NCBI GenBank assembly: GCA_012295275.1
Contig: CM022670.1
Coordinates: 558,001 to 622,000, forward strand
Origin: Chrysomallon squamiferum
Taxonomy: Eukaryota; Animalia; Mollusca
Length of the DNA stretch: 64,000 bases
Reading direction: 5' to 3'
Shown here: positions 55,679 through 64,000 of the stretch, piece after piece
Layout of the letters: each line of letters starts with the position of its first letter
Position numbering within the stretch: the stretch's first letter is position 1
Notes under the pieces: model-generated
The model's input: the letters and a program-made list of their open reading frames with translations, nothing else
Told to the model about the DNA's origin: nothing
Database searches by the model: none
Program-made: the position numbers and the translations under genes

Positions 55679-58600
55679 TATTATTATTAAAAAAAAAAAA
55701 ATTAAAACTAAAACAACAAAAAACAAAAACAAATTACTATTACTGTTGGGATTTTTTTGGTTTTTCCATCAGTACTATAGCTTAATTCACATTTTAAAAA
55801 ATGTATTTAAAGACAGTCTCACCAGCATTCTTAATAAAATCTTAAGTTAGTTTATTTCAACTTTTATCATTGACTTTCATTTTATTTAATTTCTGTTTCA
55901 GATAAATGAATGGTGTAGTTTTAAAGAGAAACATACTCTGAGATTTCAAATAAACATTTTTCATATTTCATATAACTCATACTCTTAATTATTACACAAA
56001 TGCAGTTGTTTTTGAATTGAGAGTCAGGCTGTTGCAATCTCCAGAACCAAATGAAATAAAAAGTATTAGAAAATGGCTTCTTCTATCTTGGATAAGACAC
56101 CATAAAAGTTCAGTTATGAAGAAAATGGAGTCCTGAATCCACCTGTTTCTGCTTATCTGATAGTTCATGGAAATATTCAAGTAGAGATATAACTATATTA
56201 TTATTTTTTTACTTTCTTAAAGAATTCTATGGATGTTTTTCCACAAAGGTTTCATACACAAATGTACCAAACATTTATTATTTAAATGTTTGATATGTTT
56301 GTTTTAAATATGTTTGTTTTAAACATGTTTGAGACATTTAATATTTAAATATAATAAATGTTCAGTAATGTAAATGCTTTAAGTATTTGTTATATAAATG
56401 TGTAATACATTCACTATTTAAGTATTTGTTACATGAATGTATAATACATTTTCCTTTCAATTATTCAAAAATGTTCAGTACATTTATAACATAAATGTCT
56501 GAAATGTTAAATTTATAAGAAAATTAAATTATTACTAATAAAATTGAAAAATTAAATTATTGTTTGATCATGACTTTTTAAAAAATAATTAGTTTTTTAC
56601 TTATTCAAGTTTTGAATATCTAACTGTTGTTGTTGTTAACATGTGAAAAGTGACAACCAGTAATATTCAAAAAAATCAAAATGCTGAAACCACATGATGC
56701 AACTTTCAGACCAGTATGTCCCCATATGTGAAAATATCCATTTAAAATAAATTTGTTAATACTGTTATTATTATTATTATATTTATTTATTTTAATATTT
56801 AATTATTTTGAGGCCATTAATGTTATTATCAGCAATAAGGTGGCTGACTATTCTATAACCTATCAAACAGGAGAGAAAGACTATTTTGTTACCAACTACT
56901 CTACTTAATCATAGTCATAATTTAGGCTACTGTATTCAAACATGAAAGTATTATGTATCAAATGACACTGTGACTATTATGTGTCACCTATCACAATATG
57001 CTGAAATCATATATTAACTATCAGACTACAGTTGTTTAGCCACTGTAAACTTTCAGTCTAGACATCCTCTTGTCATTATGTGCCAATTCTGTTAGCATTA
57101 CGTTGCAACTATCACTAGATATTAGGCAGGAAGATTATTATGTATCAACTATGCAGACAGTGAGATTGTTATTTAACAAATGCCTGTTGGCTTCATGTTG
57201 TTGATGTTGTTTTTTATCATTACTAAAATATTTTAAAATGTAACAACTGTTACCTTTGCACACATCAAATATTTATCAGTGCTTAAAATATTATTTAACA
57301 ATAATCAGATATTTATATCATCATCAGCATTATTGTTTTTTCTTATTTTATATATATATATTTAAAACTGCATGTGTTTTTGTACAGCTGCTGAATATTC
57401 TGTCTGGAACTTATAATTAGGCAGTGCAATAACCAGTTACTTGTGTCAGAGACATATTTTAGTTGTAGTAATGGGTCCTATCTGCATTATCAAACTTTTG
57501 TTTTACAAACAAGATGAAGCATATCTGATGTTAATACTTATTATATTGTAACATGAACCATTTGTGTTCCCATGGTCGTGTAAATTACTAATTGCAAGTC
57601 AAAAATATAATTTGATGTCAAACTGCTTTTCAGTTGTTCTGAGCTGTATTCAGGTAACCAAATGTTTGCCAGCAACTACATAATCAAAAATGTCAAAAAT
57701 ACAGGAACAGCATTGTCTATATTTGTTGGTTGTAAATAAGACCAGATGTGATACTTAACTTGTTTGCAAGCTAAGGTTTTATAATGCAGAAAAAGTTTTA
57801 TATATTTTCAGTGCGATTAATACTGGCTAACTTGTTACTTCTGATCAGCCTTAACCTGTGAAAAATGTCTGTTACTTCTATGTCCAGCAAAACTGTGCAT
57901 TTATGTAAAATGTAATTATGTTTGAATATAAAAGTCAACGTGCACAATCATTATGAAAATTATTATGTACATAGTTATGATATTAGTAAAAAATTTAAGT
58001 ATTTCATATATTGCAATCAACTGTTACAAAAATTACTTTGTACATATTTTTTATTTGCTTTCATTTTTTTAAGCATGTGAAATTCTTAATAAATACTGCA
58101 ATTGTTATTATTCAGTGGTATTGTTTTTGTTACATTTTGATATTATTAATGGTTTTTTTAAAATAAATATCTTAATACCAATTCTTTGTTAAAATATACA
58201 TTATTTAATATATTATATCTTGAAAGCTTGTTTTTTACTGTGATTTTGTTGTTATATTCCATTAACTTTAACTTATTTACAATAACTTTGTAAGTTTTGT
58301 TTTACAGTTAATGTACAGAAATAGTGTTTCTGTTAAGATGTGTTCTGTATGACTTTATTTCATTACTCAGGTAGCTATCATAATCTGCCAGTGAAAATTT
58401 AAGTATGTTTTCTTATTTATTTATTTATTTATTTACATGTTTCCTTTAAAAACTGAACAGCTATAAATAACAAACAACAAATGCAGATAAAAAATTAAAT
58501 ATGTAATAACACAATAAAGAAGTCTACTGTATCACAGGGACTGGAATGTTATTGATATATTTTAAATGTTTTACTTAGTTTAATATAAAAATAACAAACA

Positions 58601-59031
58601 AATGTAAGATAATACCATAAATACATTTGTATCTGTTACACACACAAGTATGTTTAAGTATATTTAGTTGTTACAGTAAATGAATAATGGAGAGGCAGCT
58701 TGAAGCAATACAACATGGTTATTTAATAACAGTTTTAGCTTTAAATGATCTAATTTTGATGTAGACATGACCATCAAAATATCTTTGTATTATGCTTTTT
58801 CTTTATGTATTTTGAGTTAATGAACATAGGCAATTATTTAATGAAAAATTATATGTGTATTATGTTCCTTGGAGATCATATTTCTAACAGTTAAAACTTT
58901 GTTAAATTTTAAACAAAACCAGAATCTACAAAAATATAACAGACAGACTATAATATAAACTTTGAAAATGAAGAGACAGAACTACAGAAAAACTGTCAAG
59001 ACCAGAGGAAAAAACAAAACAAAAAGGTGTA

Positions 59032-59390
59032 CTGTGGTCCCTCAACAATTTACTTGTTATCATAGTCACTTGTTAAATAATCTAGACAATTTTCTTTACA
59101 TACATTCTTGATGATAAACTTTTTTCTTCTTTTTTCTTAAAATTGAAATCAAAATTGCATAATGTATTATCACTATATTCATTAACTAAATTTTACTATT
59201 TGAAAAATAAAAAAAGGAATAATAAATAAAAAAACTCTTATATTATTCTTATTTTCTCTTGCATACTCAATTCTATAGGTTAATGCACACACCTTTAGCA
59301 TGATTTTAACAGAACTCTTTTTTTGTAATATTAAATATCTTTTCAGTGCAATCTCACAAATCAAACAACTTTTTAATCAAGGGACCACTG
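59032..59390. mobile_element. Degenerate TA-flanked MITE (pogo/Tigger-like ends)
   Basis: Left end TA-CTGTGGTCCCTCAA; reverse complement of the right end TA-CAGTGGTCCCTTGA; AT-rich non-coding interior. Confidence 0.55.
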
Positions 59391-59570
59391 TATTTTTAAA
59401 ATGAAACAAAATGTCTGTTCCTATTTAAAACTGGAAATGTTCTTTAAGGTCACTGGTACAAAATTAGTTTCTGTGAAATGAAACTAAACACTGGTGATTT
59501 CCCTCAGAGTAGAATTTAATAAAATAAATGGACGGATTATGTTTGTAAGAAAATCAGATGATATCAAAGG

Positions 59571-62500
59571 TTACTCGGCAACAGTGCCTTCAGGAGCAGA
59601 TCCAGGTGTAAGGTAAGGGGTGGGGTCTGAAATTTTTCTAAGATTTTCTTTGATGACTTTCTCACTGCACATTGGACAGTTTGTTTCTGTTTCAAGTAGT
59701 CTGTAAAAATGAATATATATATAGTTGTTTTTTTTTATATATAAAAACGTTTTTCATTAATAATCATCTGCTACAAAAGTCAAATGGAATAAAATAATTA
59801 ATTTTTTTTTTGACATCAGTACAATTAAAATTTTGAAAGATGGAGAAAAGATATCACAGGCTTTAATAAAATCCACTGTGTCTGGAATGGGAAACAGACT
59901 ATTTTCTATCTTTTTTGCAAAATTGTGATTAATTAAAAGATACTAACATGCTAATTATTAAAATTAAATTATTATGTCATTTCATAGTGAACAATTTTAA
60001 AAGTGTTAAAATAACTCAATAACTGATAAAAATAAACATAAAACTATAACCATAACATTTGTATAACTCATTCAAATTGAAATCATAAGTAAATTAGAGG
60101 AAAATAAGGAACTGATTTATATAATGAAACCTTTTAACTTAATCAATAACAATAATATTATTTTTGAATGAGTTAAAAACAGAATAAGAAAATGACTTAC
60201 TTGAGAAATTCACTGAAAATGGCTGGGAAATCACAATTGTGACAAGCTGTCAGATCTTCTCTCAGTACGTGACGTCCCTGCAAAATTAATTTAAAACATT
60301 GAATATATATATATATATATGAAGAATACAATACTTATCAGACATTCCACAGAACCTAAAAAAAGTTTTATTTTTTTATATTTTTAATTTCTTTTTCAAT
60401 TATTTTTATTTTAATCTGAACTTAGTGCTTTTGTATCATATTCAGACATTTTTATACTTGTTGCAGTTGCTGTTGGTATGATATATATATATAGTTAATT
60501 TTCAAAATTTTTGCTGTCCCAGTTTTTTATTATTCACTGTGTTACTTACTGTAGCAATGCAGTAAGGCAGGTTGTTTTTACACTCAGGACAGATAAGTTC
60601 AGTCTCTGGCAGCTGAAAACTACAAAGAGGACACAGAGTGAGGGGTTCATCCTCCTCGGTTCTGTCTGGTTTACGCACTATCTGTTCTATCTTCTTCTTG
60701 TACTTGAGATCTATCTCGTTTCTGTACTCTGGTCTCATTAACATTGCTGCGTAGCTGAATGCAGAGTTTTTCAGTCCTGACCTTTGACACTCAACAACTG
60801 TTGATGTCAGCAGGGGCACAATGTCTGGAGGAAAATGTTTGACATTTGTTTCAGGTGAAAAAATTGAAATAAGAAAAAAATTGAAAAGCAGTTAATAATA
60901 AAAGTTAATTAATCAAAATAAAAAAATGTCCAATTTTATTGTTAAATGTAATTATCTTGCAAGTGTAATACAGCCAAAATTGGTTAGAAATTTTTGAAAA
61001 TAAGATTGTGTAGATGTTTGTTAAGAAACCTACGTGATGGAAATTTGCTGATGTTATTTGCTACTCTGATCAACATTCTTGCTCCTTTCAAATGATCACC
61101 TCTTTTGATGTGTATCTGAAACACAACAGAAAATTCTTAAAACCTTGACTATGAAAGTGTTGTATGACATCCATCACAAGGAATGAAAAGGAAAGAGTTG
61201 AAATCATTAGAAGTACAATAACAAAGAAGAATATTCATTGTATTTTGAACCTTTGGTCACAAAAGCTACTCCAAGGCTGAAACAACTAACATTGGTCACT
61301 GTGGTGATAAATATAATGTGTTAATCCAGTTTATTTATATAATCTTACCTTTCATTAAACATTTTGCATCCATTGCAGTTTGTGAAATGAAGTACAGTTG
61401 CTGAGTTAAATCCAATAAACAATAGATAAGTAAAATATTTTTTTTTTTTTTTTTAAAATAAGCATATAAAATTATAAGTATTATTAATTACAAACAGGAA
61501 TGGGTTATTGACAGTTATGATACTATGAAGTATTAAAACAATATAGTTTAAAGTTTTACTTTGTTTACAACTGGGTTTTATTAACAAACCTTGGCCAGAA
61601 TGTAGCTGTGGAGAATCATCAAGTTTGTAGCCATCTCTGTTGGTATCTTTATTTTGTTTTCCTTCAACTCCTGGTACATACTGAACAACAGGTCATGGGC
61701 ATTCCTATAGTTACCTGCAAAAAGTCAACAGTCATTCTTTTAACAATGTCTGATTCATTTTTAACTGACTTAAAGTTTGCTAAAAAGCAGAAGATTGTTG
61801 CTTCTGACCTGTACCTCAATTATTATCCTTAACAAACAATAAATATATCTATGATATATATATTTAAATCCATCTATAGTTTTTTAAAAATCAATTTTGG
61901 TATTTTACATGAAATTTACCTGCATTCTGCTCCTCTCTGGCAATGATAATAGCAGTTCGTGCTGCCTCAGGATACTGCTCCAGAGCCATGTACAGTCGGA
62001 ACAGGAATTTAGCATCCTGAAAATATTAAATGCAAAACATTACTATTCATGTTCATATAAAATAATTTGCCTTTAATTTATGCACATTATATCCTTTAAA
62101 ACAGTAGTTAATTTCAGGATATGTAAACTGTCATGGCAAATGTTTCAAGGAAAGTTAAAGCTCTTCATTACATTCAAATGATAATTACATATTTTAAAAG
62201 CATTACCTTAGGAATTCCATCAGTTTCTCCCATGAGAAAGTCAATAAGCTGTCTGGTTAGCTGGTCATCATTAGCACGTCCCACTGTTTCTATAGCCAGC
62301 TCAATCGCCTGACTGTCTTCCCCATTGCATCTTAGAAAATGTTTCATAGCCTGTTAAAAAAGACAAAAACAATACAAAACTGAATTCTAATTATACATAC
62401 AGCAATATTATGCAAGTTTTTAAAGTATATTTCTTAGCTTCAGTTACAACATTAATATTTCATTTTTAAATTTATTTCTATTAAATAATTTAAAGTTCTT

Positions 62501-62760
62501 CCACTAAGTATTAAAAGCCAATGCAATATATTTAACAATTATTTTGAAAAATTATGTTTAAAAATAAAATAAATTATTAAAAACTCACTCGACTGTATTG
62601 ACCACTAAGAAGAAAGAATTTGCCAGCAAGAAAATGATTTTTCTCGTTTTCAAAATGAACTGCAATACTCTGATAGTCTTCAGGGGTAGCATCTGAGCCT
62701 GTAATTTAAAAAAAAAAAAGCAACAGTAAGCATAATGATGATGATAAGAACAACAACAGC

Positions 62761-62816
<56 letters not shown>

Positions 62817-63793
62817 CAATAACAAATTTGAAAAAAAAAAAAACAAATTAAAAAATAAATAAAAATACCAATGATATCTGCATAAATTTCCATCTGGTTG
62901 TGACTCTGAGCCAGTTGGAAAGCTTCATCATTACACTTGGACATGACAAGGAACTGTATAGCTGACCCATAGTCATTCAATCGCTGGAAAAATCTACAAA
63001 TTCACAAATGTTCATAATGTAATCTGTCCTCGTCATACATTTTTCTGTACATCTTTTTGTTTTTCTTTCTGTTTAATAATTGTGTAGAGATATATTTTAA
63101 AAGATTTAAGTGTTATAGTTGACATGCAGTAAATTACTTGATCATTTAATTTCGATTCAAATCTTTAATTTTTCAACTCTCATTCTAAAATGAATAATAC
63201 CTAACATATAAAATAATTAAAGTCTGTGAAGAGCTATTAATATTAAACCCCCCAAAAAAACAATGGAAGTTATTTTACTTGGCAACCATTTTGGCTCCTT
63301 CTGTTGATTGTGTTTCTCTGACAATTTTCACAGCTTCTTCTGGATTCTGCAGGTAATCCAAGTTAATCCTGCCAATAAAAATCTCATAATTAACACTGTA
63401 TACAACTAAATTAAATGAAAATTATATCAAATCTGAATTTTCATCAAAATTGTTTTTTCTTTTTTCCATCCTGGTTTGTGCATGTGTGTTTGTGTGCTTG
63501 TATTGTGTTATGATGTGTGTACATGTGCTCAAGTGTATTTGCATTTTCTTTAACTCAGATAAGCATCCACCAGATTCAAAACATTTTAATTAATGAATGC
63601 AATGAGATTTAAAATTAAACATTTTTATTACAAATCTAAAGCAGTTTAATACCTGATAACATTGTCCCATTCCTTGGCCATGCGATATGCCTCAGCAGCC
63701 TCCTTGTACCTGCCATCTGCCTCTTTAGCTTTAGCATACTGGGCATGGATCTTTGGAGACGTGATGTGTTGAAGCAATTCACCAACTTTCCCC
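59571..63793 (-). CDS. WDR19: WD repeat-containing protein 19 / IFT144, 3' part (continues beyond the window)
   Basis: Exons 63793-63653, 63368-63279, 62993-62869, 62698-62589, 62350-62207, 62016-61920, 61714-61590, 61115-61034, 60824-60550, 60277-60201 and 59700-59571. Peptides [93 protein letters not shown] and LPYCIATGRH match IFT144, including the C-terminal zinc-binding cysteines. Confidence 0.95.
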
Positions 63794-64000
63794 CTAAAAA
63801 CATAATCCAAATTACAGTATCCTGATCAATAAATTATACATTTTCTTCACACATCTTTTGACTAAAATGTAGAACAGTTGTTTATTGTTAATTTTTCTGT
63901 CAGTTTTTTTTCATTATTATTATTATTATTATTTTAAAAAATTTTGTGACAAAGAACCAACTGCATGCAAACTTTGCTTGGTTTTTTCAAATAAACAGAA

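Overview
AT-rich, microsatellite-dense animal genomic DNA with short GT-AG introns. It is probably a mollusc or other lophotrochozoan; the taxon is inferred. Seven intron-containing genes were assembled by hand from splice signals and reading frame: two tandem secreted Spaetzle-like cystine-knot genes (-; 208-1641, 4238-6195), two tandem LRRC74-like LRR plus EF-hand genes (+; 11520-17687, 20163-28142), ANKLE2 (-; 29791-45650), a voltage-sensing phosphatase VSP/TPTE (+; 47444-55172) head-to-head with ANKLE2, and the 3' part of WDR19/IFT144 (-; 59571 to beyond the window). A tRNA-derived SINE head and two TA-flanked MITEs are also present. Three observations stand out. (1) Minisatellites of different ages start on splice sites and copy the donor or acceptor itself, including 16 copies around an ANKLE2 donor and 5 perfect copies around an LRR-gene donor. 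(2) A candidate distal VSP promoter and first exon, with an RFX X-box and possible phase-1 microexons, lies antisense inside the 8.3-kb ANKLE2 intron. (3) CpG content switches sharply between rich and poor domains. All gene models are unverified by transcript data.
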